A DNA stretch of 54,214 bases from an uncultured Geobacteraceae bacterium (GCA_903902345.1 CAIUUR010000273.1:1-54214); one strand, 5' to 3'. Counted from the first letter of the stretch, positions 19,132 through 29,061 are shown. The notes: generated by a model not told the origin, from the sequence alone. A program made the numbers and translations.

Positions 19132-20211
19132 TCATGATACCGCCGGGCGTGCCGCCAGGGGGAGAAACTGTTCAAACTGCTTCTTGTCGGCGGAGCAGCG
19201 ATGGGCCTCCTCGGGGGTTATCTGTTTGGTCTTGAGGAGATCCAGCAGGTGCTGGTCCATGAGCTGCATGCCGTCCCTCCGGGCGGTCTGGATGATGGAG
19301 GGGATCTGGAAGGTCTTTCCCTCCCGGATCAGGTTGGCAATGGCCGGGGTCCCCACCAGGATCTCCAGGGCCGCAACTCGCCCTTTGCCGTCGGCTGTCT
19401 TGAGGAGTTGCTGACAGATGACCCCCTTCAGCGACTCGGCCAGCATGGTCCGTATCTGGGCCTGGCCATCCCGGGGGAAGGCGTCGATGATCCGGTCAAT
19501 GGTCTTGGCGGCCGAGTTGGTGTGGAGGGTGCCGAAGACCAGATGACCGGTCTCGGCGGCGGTCATGGCCAGGCTGATGGTCTCCAGGTCGCGCATCTCC
19601 CCCACGAGGATGACATCCGGGTCCTCCCGGAGGGCGGCGCGGAGGGCTGCGGTGAAACTGTTCGTATGTTCGCCGATCTGTCGCTGGTTGAAGAGCGACA
19701 GCTTGTTTTCGTGGATGAACTCCAGGGGGTCTTCCAGGGTGAGGATATGGTCCTTCCGGGTGTTGTTGATATGGTCGATCATGGCCGCCAGGGTGGTGGA
19801 TTTACCCGAGCCGGTGGGACCGGTTACCAGGATCAGCCCCTTCTTGAGCTGGGTGAATTTCGTAACACCTTCGGGGAGTCCCAGTTCCGCCACGGAGAGA
19901 ATCCTGCTGGGGATGATCCGGAAGACCGCAGCGATCCCCTTGTGCTGCAGAAGGATGTTTCCCCGGAATCGGGCGAGGTCGGGGACCGAATAGGCAAAGT
20001 CCAGGTCGTGCCGTTCTTCGAACTCCTGAATCTGCTTTTCGCTCAGGATCTCATAGATGATCTCCTTGAGCTCTTCATGGGAGAGTGACTTGAACTCCAG
20101 CGGTTCCAGTTCACCTCGGAGGCGGAAGATGGGAGGAGCGCCTGTGGAGAGGTGCAGGTCGGAGGCCCCCTGCTCCCGCATCATCTTGAACAGTGCGTCG
20201 ATGTGTGCCAT
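19132..20211 (-). CDS. pilT: Type IV pilus retraction ATPase (PilT family)
   Basis: GASDLHL, GPTGSGKSTT, EDPLE, REDPDVILVGEMRD, TGHLVFGTLHT, NLIREGK. Confidence 0.92.
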   Translation of the reverse strand: MAHIDALFKMMREQGASDLHLSTGAPPIFRLRGELEPLEFKSLSHEELKEIIYEILSEKQIQEFEERHDLDFAYSVPDLARFRGNILLQHKGIAAVFRIIPSRILSVAELGLPEGVTKFTQLKKGLILVTGPTGSGKSTTLAAMIDHINNTRKDHILTLEDPLEFIHENKLSLFNQRQIGEHTNSFTAALRAALREDPDVILVGEMRDLETISLAMTAAETGHLVFGTLHTNSAAKTIDRIIDAFPRDGQAQIRTMLAESLKGVICQQLLKTADGKGRVAALEILVGTPAIANLIREGKTFQIPSIIQTARRDGMQLMDQHLLDLLKTKQITPEEAHRCSADKKQFEQFLPLAARPAVS

Positions 20212-20249
20212 GGATACGACTCCGGAATGTTTTTCGGGTTTTCGTCATG

Positions 20250-20750
20250 TCAGGTGAAAAAGCGGGTTCTCCTGCACCTGAGCCGTGACCGGCGGGAGGG
20301 ATGATTCTGCTCCGGTGCGTAAAGGTACTCCTGCATCTTTCGGATCTCTGCTTCGTCGGCGATGGAGAGTGTGACACTGCAGTCGCAGAGTGCTGCTATT
20401 TCCCTGAGGGCCTCATGGTTCAGCGGGTCGACAATGGCAATGCGGAGCTCATTCTCGATCCGGATCACCGGGACGGCGCAGTGGCGACGGGCGAGTCCCT
20501 CCGGCAGAAGTGTTGCGGCGTCGGGGGCCATGCTATCCCGACTCAGCCGGATATACGGGATATCCAGGTGACGGGAGAGTGCCCAGTTGATATCCTCGGC
20601 CGTGACGATTCCCAACCTGACCAGCGCCTCGCCGAATCGGCAACCCTGGCGTTCCTGCTCGGCCAGGGCGCGCCGGATATCTTCTTCCGTTATGATCCGG
20701 GAGTCGTAGAGAATAGCCCCCAGCGATCCCTGTGTGACCAATTGGCTCAT
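20250..20750 (-). CDS. Stand-alone or truncated GspE/PilB N-terminal domain with MshEN-like tandem motif
   Basis: SLGAILYDSRIITEEDIRRALAEQ and RFGEALVRLGIVTAEDINWALSRH, then LARRHCAVPV..AIVDPLN; no ATPase domain. Confidence 0.7.
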   Translation of the reverse strand: MSQLVTQGSLGAILYDSRIITEEDIRRALAEQERQGCRFGEALVRLGIVTAEDINWALSRHLDIPYIRLSRDSMAPDAATLLPEGLARRHCAVPVIRIENELRIAIVDPLNHEALREIAALCDCSVTLSIADEAEIRKMQEYLYAPEQNHPSRRSRLRCRRTRFFT

Positions 20751-20935
20751 ATGTCCCTCCTCCAGCTCCGGATGCCGTCGAACTGACTATAACAGTAAAT
20801 CACGTGTGGACAGATTCGTCAAAAGAAACCTGTAATCGGAGCGCTGTCATCCCCCGTCCCCCTCCTTTACAGCCGTCTCCGGTGTGTGGTAGCATGCTGA
20901 TCATCAAACAGGCGCATTTTGCGCAGGAGGAACCC

Positions 20936-21940
20936 ATCGCACACGCAGCCATTGTTCTCTTTTCCGGGGGGCTAGATTCCCAACTCTCGGCACGGCTCAT
21001 GCAGAACCAGGGGATCGGTGTCACCGCCCTTCATTTTACGTCCCCCTTCTTCGGTTCGGGAGATGCGGCAACGGGTAAGTACAACGCCCGGAAGGCCGCC
21101 GACGCACTGGGGGTCCCGTTGATCGTCCACCATCTGGGGGAGGAGTACCTGAATATGCTCCGCGACCCCAATCATGGCTACGGCAAGGCGGTGAACCCTT
21201 GTGTGGATTGCCATGCCTGGATGTTTCGGGTGGCCAAGGGGCTGATGCCGGAATACGGCGCTGATTTCGTGGTCAGCGGCGAGGTCCTGGGGCAGCGTCC
21301 CATGAGCCAGCGTAAGGATACCCTCCGGGTGGTGGAGCGAGAGAGCGGCCTCATCGGACTGCTGCTCCGCCCTTTGTCGGCCCGCTTTCTTCCCCCCACG
21401 ATCCCTGAACAGGAAGGGTGGGTGGACCGGGAAAAACTCTTCGGCATCACCGGCCGTTCCCGCAAGGTGCAGATGCGTCTGGCAAATGAGCTGGGAATGA
21501 AGGATTACCCCTCCCCGGCGGGGGGATGCCTCCTCACCGAACTCTCTTTTCAGGGGAAGATCCGTGACCTCTTCACCCATAATCAGCTGCTTGACCCCCT
21601 GGATTTCAAGCTCCTCCGGCTGGGGCGTCACTTCCGGCTGAGTCCCACCGTGAAGCTCATCGTGGGGCGCAACGAGGAGAATAACCGACTGCTGGAGGAG
21701 GCCGCCCGCCCCGGCATGACCTATCTTCGCTGGCTGGACGGGGGGAGCCCCATGGGGGTCGTGGTGGGGGAGGCGGACGACGACCAGCTGGGGAGCGCCG
21801 CCGGAATTCTTCTGCGTTACACCCGGGCCGAAGCGGGGATGCCGTGCCGGATTTTGGTGGTCAGCGATGGCGTGGAGAAGGAGATCGTCGTGGGGAACGA
21901 CTACGGCGAGGAGCAGGTGGCGGCGATGCTGGTCGTGTAG
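20936..21940 (+). CDS. ThiI/MnmA-like PP-loop tRNA thiolation protein (DUF814-associated type)
   Basis: SGGLDS PP-loop, NPCVDCH, GEVLGQRPMSQ, PAGGCLLT, GRHFR; start ambiguous (ATC 20936 or ATG 20894). Confidence 0.8.
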   Translation: MAHAAIVLFSGGLDSQLSARLMQNQGIGVTALHFTSPFFGSGDAATGKYNARKAADALGVPLIVHHLGEEYLNMLRDPNHGYGKAVNPCVDCHAWMFRVAKGLMPEYGADFVVSGEVLGQRPMSQRKDTLRVVERESGLIGLLLRPLSARFLPPTIPEQEGWVDREKLFGITGRSRKVQMRLANELGMKDYPSPAGGCLLTELSFQGKIRDLFTHNQLLDPLDFKLLRLGRHFRLSPTVKLIVGRNEENNRLLEEAARPGMTYLRWLDGGSPMGVVVGEADDDQLGSAAGILLRYTRAEAGMPCRILVVSDGVEKEIVVGNDYGEEQVAAMLVV

Positions 21941-22026
21941 TTCCTTCGTTCCTTGTTACCGGGCGTTACTGCTCTTCGTACCCTGTTCGTGAAGAGGGTC
22001 GATACAACGAAATGGAGGTAGCCCCC

Positions 22027-24333
22027 ATGGTGGTACGGCTCGTTATATTCCTGCTGTTGACCCTGCAGGGCGCGGCGTACGGTGAAGAAACGGCCAAGGG
22101 GAGCGGGGGTGGCGGCTATGCCGGCTCCAAAAGCTGTCAGGAATGCCATGGCAGGTTTTATGAACTCTGGTCCACCTCTCTTCACGGTCTGGCCATGCAG
22201 CCTTTCACCGAGACCTTCTCAAGGGTCAAGCTGACCCCCCAGAAGGATGACCTGGTCATCGGCAAGCTGCGGTATCGGGCTGATGGCGCCGCGGGCGTCG
22301 TCCGGGTGACCGACCCTGATGGCAAACAGCGGAAGTATGAGATAACGTACGCCCTGGGTGGCAAGAACGTCTACTACTTCCTCACCCCGTTGGAAAAGGG
22401 GCGGCTCCAGACGCTGCCGGTGGCCTACGACGTCCGGAAGAAAGAATGGTTCGATACCGCCCTTTCCGGTCTGCGCCACTTTCCTGGTCAGCAGGGAGGC
22501 GAAGAGCCCGTGGGGTGGCAGGAGTGGCTCTACACCTTCAACTCTTCCTGCCATGGTTGCCATGTCAGCCAACTCAGCTCCAACTACGACCTGAAGAGCG
22601 ACAGCTATGCCACGTCCTGGAAAGAGCCGGGGATCAACTGTGAAAGCTGCCATGGCCCTTCAGGGGCGCACAACCGCGCCATGCGTGCTCTCCCCGTGGG
22701 GGGGCGGCCAGCCAACGACGCAGCTCTGCAGTTGGTCCGGACCAAGTCCTTCACCCCGGCTCAGCACAACGATGCCTGCAACTCCTGCCACTCCAAGGCC
22801 AAGCCCCTTACGGCGGGATACCGGACGCCGGAGCGGTTCTTCGATCACTTTGACCTGGTGACGCTGGAGGACCCTGACTTCTATCCCGACGGTCGGGACC
22901 TGGGTGAAAATTACACCCAGAGTTCCTGGCGGTTGAGCCCCTGTATCAAGGGGGGGAAGCTCCACTGTGTTACCTGCCATACCTCCAGCGGTCGCTACCG
23001 GTTCAGCAAGCCGGAAGAGGCGAACCGTGCTTGTCTCCCCTGCCACGAAGAGCGGGTGAAGAATCCGGCTGCTCACAGCCATCACTCGGTGGAAGGGGTT
23101 GCCGGCAGCTGCATTGCCTGCCATATGCCGAAAACCGACTTCGCCCGGATGCAGCGCACCGATCACTCCATGACCCCGCCGACCCCGGCGACGACGATTG
23201 CCTATGGCTCGCCCAATGCCTGTAACCTCTGCCACCGGGGTAAGGATGCCGCCTGGGCCGACGGTCAGGTGCGGCAGTGGTATGCGAAAGAGTATCAGGC
23301 CCCGATTCTCAAGCGGGCCGGGCTGATCCGGATGGCGCGCCGGAGCGACTGGAGCAGGCTGCCGGAGATGCTGGCGTACATCCGCGACCCGCTGAGTAAT
23401 GAAATCTTCACAACTTCTCTCATCCGGCTACTGGCCAACAACAGCGACCCTGCGGTTGTTGCCGCTACCCGTGCGTGTCTCACCAATCCGTCGCCACTGG
23501 TGAGAGCCGCGGCCGTGGAATGGCTCGGGAGGGGAGAAAATCCGGAGCTGTTGCAGGATATTGTCGCTGCCGCCGGTGACGACTACCGCCTTGTCCGGGT
23601 ACGCGCCGCCGCAATCCTGGCGCAATTTCCGCAAACATCGCCCCAGGGAAAGGGGGGAGGTGAGATCAGGAAGGCCACCGATGAATATCTGGCCGAACTG
23701 GTGGCGCGTCCCGATATTTGGGACGCCCACTATAACCTAGGGAACTACTACCTCGGTTTAAAACGGGAACCGCAGGCGACCCTGGTCCTGGTTAATGCGG
23801 CCCTGGCCCATGCCCAACGGGGCGAAGTATCCCTTGCCGAGGGGCGGCTGAACGCCGCACTGAAGATCGCCCCTCAGAGCGCCGCCGTACTGTACGACCT
23901 GGGACTGCTCAAGGCCCAACTGGGGGATCTCCCGGCCGCGGAGTCATTCCTCACGCAGGCGCTGAAGATCGAACCGGAGATGGCGGAAGCCGCCTATAAT
24001 CTCTGTGTCATCACCGCCCGGGACAACGTCGCCACAGCACTCCCCTGGTGCCGCCAGGCCGCCGACCTCAAGCCTCATGAGCCCAGGTACGCCTCCACGT
24101 ACGCCTATTTTCAGCGCAACTCCGGCGACATCACCGGGGCGGCAGCCACGCTGGAGAGTCTGATCAGCCGTCATCCCGGATACCGGGATACTTGGCTGCT
24201 CCTGGCCGACATTTACCTGCAACAGGGAAAGCGTGCTGAGGCGCCGGGGCTACTCCGGCGGGCCTTGGCGGCGTCGGAGCTCTCGGAGCAGGCGAAGGGA
24301 CAGATCCGGACGAAGCTGGACGGGGTAAAATGA
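22027..24333 (+). CDS. Octaheme c-type cytochrome with HEAT and TPR repeats
   Basis: Signal peptide, 8 CXXCH, HEAT motifs (PLVRAAAV, RLVRVRAA), TPRs at the C-terminus; SD GGAGG at 22014. Confidence 0.85.
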   Translation: MVVRLVIFLLLTLQGAAYGEETAKGSGGGGYAGSKSCQECHGRFYELWSTSLHGLAMQPFTETFSRVKLTPQKDDLVIGKLRYRADGAAGVVRVTDPDGKQRKYEITYALGGKNVYYFLTPLEKGRLQTLPVAYDVRKKEWFDTALSGLRHFPGQQGGEEPVGWQEWLYTFNSSCHGCHVSQLSSNYDLKSDSYATSWKEPGINCESCHGPSGAHNRAMRALPVGGRPANDAALQLVRTKSFTPAQHNDACNSCHSKAKPLTAGYRTPERFFDHFDLVTLEDPDFYPDGRDLGENYTQSSWRLSPCIKGGKLHCVTCHTSSGRYRFSKPEEANRACLPCHEERVKNPAAHSHHSVEGVAGSCIACHMPKTDFARMQRTDHSMTPPTPATTIAYGSPNACNLCHRGKDAAWADGQVRQWYAKEYQAPILKRAGLIRMARRSDWSRLPEMLAYIRDPLSNEIFTTSLIRLLANNSDPAVVAATRACLTNPSPLVRAAAVEWLGRGENPELLQDIVAAAGDDYRLVRVRAAAILAQFPQTSPQGKGGGEIRKATDEYLAELVARPDIWDAHYNLGNYYLGLKREPQATLVLVNAALAHAQRGEVSLAEGRLNAALKIAPQSAAVLYDLGLLKAQLGDLPAAESFLTQALKIEPEMAEAAYNLCVITARDNVATALPWCRQAADLKPHEPRYASTYAYFQRNSGDITGAAATLESLISRHPGYRDTWLLLADIYLQQGKRAEAPGLLRRALAASELSEQAKGQIRTKLDGVK

Positions 24334-24347
24334 TGCGGAAAGCAGGC

Positions 24348-24540
24348 CACCACAGAGTCACAGAGAACAGAAGGAAATTATTAAAAAAGCAGTCCACCAC
24401 GGAGGCACGGAGACACGGAGGATAATCTTGCACCGTTTCGTGTGGTTGCATTGATATGAATGCTGAATTGGTCAAACCTTTTGGGTTAAAACCAAGAACC
24501 AGATTTTTTCAGTGATTTCCTCCGTGCCTCCGTGGTAAAA
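24348..24540. repeat. CACGGAG-type repeat element with inverted arms
   Basis: caccacagagtcacagag, caccacggaggcacggagacacggagg ... cctccgtgcctccgtggt. Confidence 0.65.
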
Positions 24541-24555
24541 AGCTGTATTCAGAAT

Positions 24556-24597
24556 AAAAAGAGCTCCACGGTTTTGAAAACCTCGGAGCTCTTTTTT
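24556..24597. terminator. Bidirectional intrinsic terminator
   Basis: aaaaagagctcc...ggagctctttttt. Confidence 0.65.
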
Positions 24598-24701
24598 GTC
24601 GTGCGGCGGGTGTGACGATGGCCAGGTGTGGAACCACCCGGCCATCGGTTGTATCTTCTTAAAATGTGCCTGCCGGGCGGGATCTCTCCCGGATACCTTC
24701 C

Positions 24702-25037
24702 CTATTTGCACCGTCTCCAGAAATTCTTCAGGATGATGTCCCAATCACGGGAGTCGGTGAGACCATCGTAATTCAGGTCATACCAGCTGGACTTGCCCCC
24801 CTTTTTACTGAATTCCTGCCAGCCGGCCAGGTCCTTGCCATCCACAAGGAGATCCAGATTGCCGTCACCGGCACACTTGGTCATGCTGGACGCTACCCCC
24901 TGCTGGAGCTGATTGAATTGCGCCAACAGCGACTGGTAATTAAGCTGTTGCACCGGTTGGAGACTTCGCAGCAGTACTTCAACCCTTGGGCAGGGATACC
25001 CGCCGTGACCGGGTCGGTGGCGCCGACTTGTTAGCAT
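24702..25037 (-). pseudogene. C-terminal remnant with a dockerin-like paired Ca-binding repeat
   Basis: GDGNLDLLVDGKDL and YDLNYDGLTDSRDW; no signal peptide or convincing start. Confidence 0.55.
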
Positions 25038-25130
25038 AGTGAATTTTATCCCATAGCTAGGACCCCGTCCTGCTTAAAGATTCGGATCAGGGTAACTATT
25101 GAGCACACTGCCACATATTTTTAAAAAGCC

Positions 25131-25207
25131 TGTCGTCCCCGAAATCTTCCATCGGGGACCCATGGTTTTCAACAGCTGGATTCCCGATTACACCCTCGGG
25201 AATGACA
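25131..25207. repeat. REP-like palindrome (GTC.T.CCCG..GGATTCCCG..CGGGAATGAC type)
   Basis: tgtcgtccccga..tcggggac..ggattcccga..tcgggaatgaca. Confidence 0.65.
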
Positions 25208-25403
25208 ATTTTTTGTGTACCGAATATGCGAAGACTCAAGCCGGACAGGGTGCTAGCTTTCTCCGCGTCTTCGCGTGCGGTACGGTAAAAAATATTGACT
25301 TTGCCGTTTTTTGAAATAACGTTACCTATATTGGTTAAAATTATCAGAAAATAATTCAATCTATGCTATTAGCTGGGGCCGAAATTAGGGAAAGGAGATC
25401 CTT

Positions 25404-28400
25404 ATGGAATCCCGGAGAGATCGGTGGGGAATGGGGACGGAAATTACGGTTGTACATCGGAAGCGGTCAGGCATGATCCTGTCATGTGCTCTCCTGGTGA
25501 CCTTCGTTATAACCGTCTCGTTGTGCGGCCAGGCATGGTCGGAGGATCCGGTAGCCGTGGATGATACTAAATCGGTAATGCATCCCGACCGTGATACGCT
25601 GCTTCGATGGATAGCGGATTATGAGAATGCGCCCAAGGCCGTACTCGACGCAAATGTTAGCTACAGGCTCTCTGTAATGCGGGAGCAGGGTGTATCAACC
25701 TCACTGGATCTCCTGAGTAATGTTCCTTATCTGGGGCCCGAGCGGGATCAAGGTTATTGCGGGAACTGCTGGGTCTGGGCAGGAACCGGTCTGATGGAAA
25801 TCGCTCATAGCGTTCAGAACAGTGTGGATGATCGGCTCTCCATACAGTACCTCGATTCATGCAAGACCGACGCGTTCGCCTGTAATGGGGGAAATTTGAC
25901 TTCGTTCGCAACCTGGTACGGGGGGCAAGGTCACGCGCTTCCCTGGTCAAATAGTAATGCATTTTTTGTCGATGGCACGGTATCTTCCGCTCAGACCAAA
26001 AGCACGAGAGAATGCGGAACCATAAGTACCGTTCCCCATTATCCTTTCTCCAGCATTACCGCTCAAACCATCGCTACCGCAGAGTCAATCAGCCAGGCGC
26101 AGGCGATTGCGAATATCAAAAATGTGCTTAACCAGAACAAGGGGGTGAATTTCGGGATGCACTTGGCAAACAGTGCGGACTGGAGTGCCTTCCAAAATTT
26201 CTGGAAGGGATCGGCCGAACCGGTTCTTTGGAATCCGGACAACTATTGCGGTCACACCTACGATATCAACAGTGGTGGGGGACACGCCTTAGTGGTCGTC
26301 GGCTACAATGATGACGATCCCAATCCGGATAACCAGTATTGGACGGTGCTTAATAGCTGGGGGACAACTACGGGGCGTCCCACAGGACTTTTCAGGATGA
26401 AAATGAACATGAATTATGGTTGTATGTTGCACTTTCCGGGTTCCTCGGATTTTTTCAATTACCAGTTTCAGACCATGAGCATCAGTTTTACGAGCTCACC
26501 ATCGGCGGATTACACCATCGCGGCATCACCGACGTCGGTAGCGGTTGCCAAGGGGGGCGTGGGGAGTACGACGGTCACCACGACCGTATCCAACGGATTC
26601 ACTAATGACATTACCCTGTCCGCAACGGGGCTGCCTCCGAAGGTGACAGCCGTTTTCAGCCCGACAACCATCGTTGCTCCCGGTTCCGGCAGTTCGACGC
26701 TGACTTTTTCGGTTAATTCGACGGCCTCGACCGAGACCGATCACATCGTAACCGTCACCGGCGCCAGTTCCGGCGGGGCGGTCAAACACGATAGCAGGGT
26801 GGCATTAACGATAATCGGTTTGCCGTCCCCGGTCCTTGCTTCTGAACCGCCTCTCACCCCCGGATCAGAAAACACGGTCTACTGGAGCAGGGTCACACCC
26901 TCCTTGATGGCGCCGGGTCTCCCGACACAGGTCATTTCCCTCAGCAGGGTGGCGTCTTCCTCTGCAGAGTCAAAGGTCGTGCGCAGTGACACAATCCAGA
27001 GCAGCAACGATACCAACACGGAAATGGTACCGAGCGAGTATGGGCTATCAGGCAAATCCAGCGACGAAACCGGACGGAAAGTGATTGGTCATAATCTGCA
27101 GCAACCGGTGTCGGTCACGAAGGCGGGAAGTTCTGTGACGGATTCAGACAACCGGATAATCCCCCTGTCTGCAACGCATACTTCAGGAGAAGGAGTTGTT
27201 CCCCTGGTTCCAATGAAGAGGGATCAAGGATTCTCTGCGTCACAAGCGTCGACAACTGTCTTGAGTGAAACATTCGAGGGGGCGTTTCCCGGCGTTAGTT
27301 GGGGCCTGTCTATGAACCCGACATGGGGCTCAACCGGCGTTGATAAACATACCGGCTCAAAAAGCGGTTGGTGCGGGGGGAGCAGTCTCAATCCTGCAAA
27401 TGGATATGGCAATAATATGGATTCCTGGATGGTATATGGTCCCTTTAGTTTGTCGGGAGCTACCAGCGCCAGTGTCAATTTTTGGTTTAAAAACTTGTCT
27501 GAACTGAATAAAGATTATTTTGCATGGTTTGCCTCGGTGGATAATTATAATTATTACGGAAGCGCCGTAAGTGGAAATTGGAACAGTTGGCAGTCATATG
27601 CATTTGATTTGTCAAACGTGTATATGCTGGGAGATTTGAGAGGTAAATCAGAGGTGTGGATTGCATTTTATTTTACCAGTGATGATTCAACTTCAGGGCC
27701 GGCGTACACAGGAGCCTATGTTGACGACATCGTTATTTCCAAAGAAACAGCCCCGCTACCCGATTTGACGGTTTCTTCTCTGTCCAGCTGGAACGACAAG
27801 ATTCCGGTGAGCAGGTCTCAATTGAACGGTGTCGATCCGCACCGTGACGTCGGACCATATTATGATAATGGTACCCTGTATTTCAACTGGTCGTCGTTGA
27901 ACCAGGGGACCACCGTCGCCACCGGCTACAACGTGCATATTGAAGTTACCGGAACCGGCGGAGGGAGTTGGGATATATCGAGTCTTGAAACGCAACCGGG
28001 CAAAGAAGCGCATTTATCCGTTGACCAGGCGTTCGGGCCGTTGGCCGCGGGAAGTCATACGCTTAAAATCTGGATTGATTCCGGCAACATGGTGAGTGAG
28101 TCCGACGAAACTAATAACTACTATGAACGGACGATTACCGTTTCTCGTTCCACCGCCGATCTGATGGTCAATCGGTTGCCCAACTGGAACGATAAAATTC
28201 CGGTGGGTACATCTCGACAAAACGGTACCGATGCGCACGGGGAGACGGGGCCGTATTACGACGATCAGACATTGTATTTCAATTGGTCACTATTGAACCA
28301 GGGGAGCACCACCGCATCCGGGTACAAATTAGATTTCAAGGTGATGGATACCGGCGGAGACCGCTGGGAGTGGTCCAGCCTGGAAACGCAGCCGGACAAC

Positions 28401-29006
28401 GAAGCGCATTTATCTGTTGACCAGGCATTCGGGCCGTTATCTGCGGGGACTCACACTCTGAAGATCCGGCTTGATTCCGACAACGCGGTGCATGAGTCCG
28501 ACGAATCCAATAACTACTATGAACGAACGATTATGGTACAGCAGAGAGTCCTTGGGTATAACGCCGAATGTGCTGATAATCCCCAGTTCCAATTCCCAAT
28601 CAGTTCCGGTTGGACGACGCAGCTACAGTGGGTTTTTGCAGAACTGACTCCTGGCAAGACCTATTATTATCGTGTGAAAGACATAAGCCATACAATGGAA
28701 AGCGATTGGTCAACTTTATTTGAAAAATCGCAGCAGGTGTCAGCGTTGTACTATCTTCCGGCTAAAGGCCAATTATATGATACGTTCAAAGATTTGTATG
28801 GGTCGCTTCATGATGGAGAAATAGTCGAAGCCGATGCCCGGGGGAGTATGCTGTCGGAGGACTATACTCTTGATAAAGATGTCTCTCTCACCATGAGAGG
28901 CGGTTATGATCTCTCTCTTAATCCGACAACCGGTTCTACGACGTTACGCGGAGTCATAACCGTCAGGAAAGGCGTTTTGACCCTTGACAGGTTTATCCTC
29001 AGGTAG
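25404..29006 (+). CDS. Secreted multidomain papain-family (C1) cysteine protease with Ig-like, jelly-roll and two CARDB-like domains
   Basis: QGYCGNCW, GHALVVVGY, LNSWG; two ESDExNN CARDB-like repeats; signal peptide; start may be a downstream Met. Confidence 0.85.
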   Translation: MESRRDRWGMGTEITVVHRKRSGMILSCALLVTFVITVSLCGQAWSEDPVAVDDTKSVMHPDRDTLLRWIADYENAPKAVLDANVSYRLSVMREQGVSTSLDLLSNVPYLGPERDQGYCGNCWVWAGTGLMEIAHSVQNSVDDRLSIQYLDSCKTDAFACNGGNLTSFATWYGGQGHALPWSNSNAFFVDGTVSSAQTKSTRECGTISTVPHYPFSSITAQTIATAESISQAQAIANIKNVLNQNKGVNFGMHLANSADWSAFQNFWKGSAEPVLWNPDNYCGHTYDINSGGGHALVVVGYNDDDPNPDNQYWTVLNSWGTTTGRPTGLFRMKMNMNYGCMLHFPGSSDFFNYQFQTMSISFTSSPSADYTIAASPTSVAVAKGGVGSTTVTTTVSNGFTNDITLSATGLPPKVTAVFSPTTIVAPGSGSSTLTFSVNSTASTETDHIVTVTGASSGGAVKHDSRVALTIIGLPSPVLASEPPLTPGSENTVYWSRVTPSLMAPGLPTQVISLSRVASSSAESKVVRSDTIQSSNDTNTEMVPSEYGLSGKSSDETGRKVIGHNLQQPVSVTKAGSSVTDSDNRIIPLSATHTSGEGVVPLVPMKRDQGFSASQASTTVLSETFEGAFPGVSWGLSMNPTWGSTGVDKHTGSKSGWCGGSSLNPANGYGNNMDSWMVYGPFSLSGATSASVNFWFKNLSELNKDYFAWFASVDNYNYYGSAVSGNWNSWQSYAFDLSNVYMLGDLRGKSEVWIAFYFTSDDSTSGPAYTGAYVDDIVISKETAPLPDLTVSSLSSWNDKIPVSRSQLNGVDPHRDVGPYYDNGTLYFNWSSLNQGTTVATGYNVHIEVTGTGGGSWDISSLETQPGKEAHLSVDQAFGPLAAGSHTLKIWIDSGNMVSESDETNNYYERTITVSRSTADLMVNRLPNWNDKIPVGTSRQNGTDAHGETGPYYDDQTLYFNWSLLNQGSTTASGYKLDFKVMDTGGDRWEWSSLETQPDNEAHLSVDQAFGPLSAGTHTLKIRLDSDNAVHESDESNNYYERTIMVQQRVLGYNAECADNPQFQFPISSGWTTQLQWVFAELTPGKTYYYRVKDISHTMESDWSTLFEKSQQVSALYYLPAKGQLYDTFKDLYGSLHDGEIVEADARGSMLSEDYTLDKDVSLTMRGGYDLSLNPTTGSTTLRGVITVRKGVLTLDRFILR
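27757..28535 (+). repeat. Intragenic tandem duplication of a ~130 aa CARDB-like domain
   Basis: WNDKIPV..GPYYD..TLYFNWS..NQG..SSLETQP..EAHLSVDQAFGPL..ESDE.NNYYERTI occurs twice. Confidence 0.85.
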
Positions 29007-29032
29007 GGTAGGCGCATACTACGGAGTTAAAT

Positions 29033-29061
29033 AAAACGGAGCCTTTTTATAGCTCCGTTTT
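29033..29061. terminator. Bidirectional intrinsic terminator
   Basis: aaaacggagc-loop-gctccgtttt between convergent genes. Confidence 0.75.
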
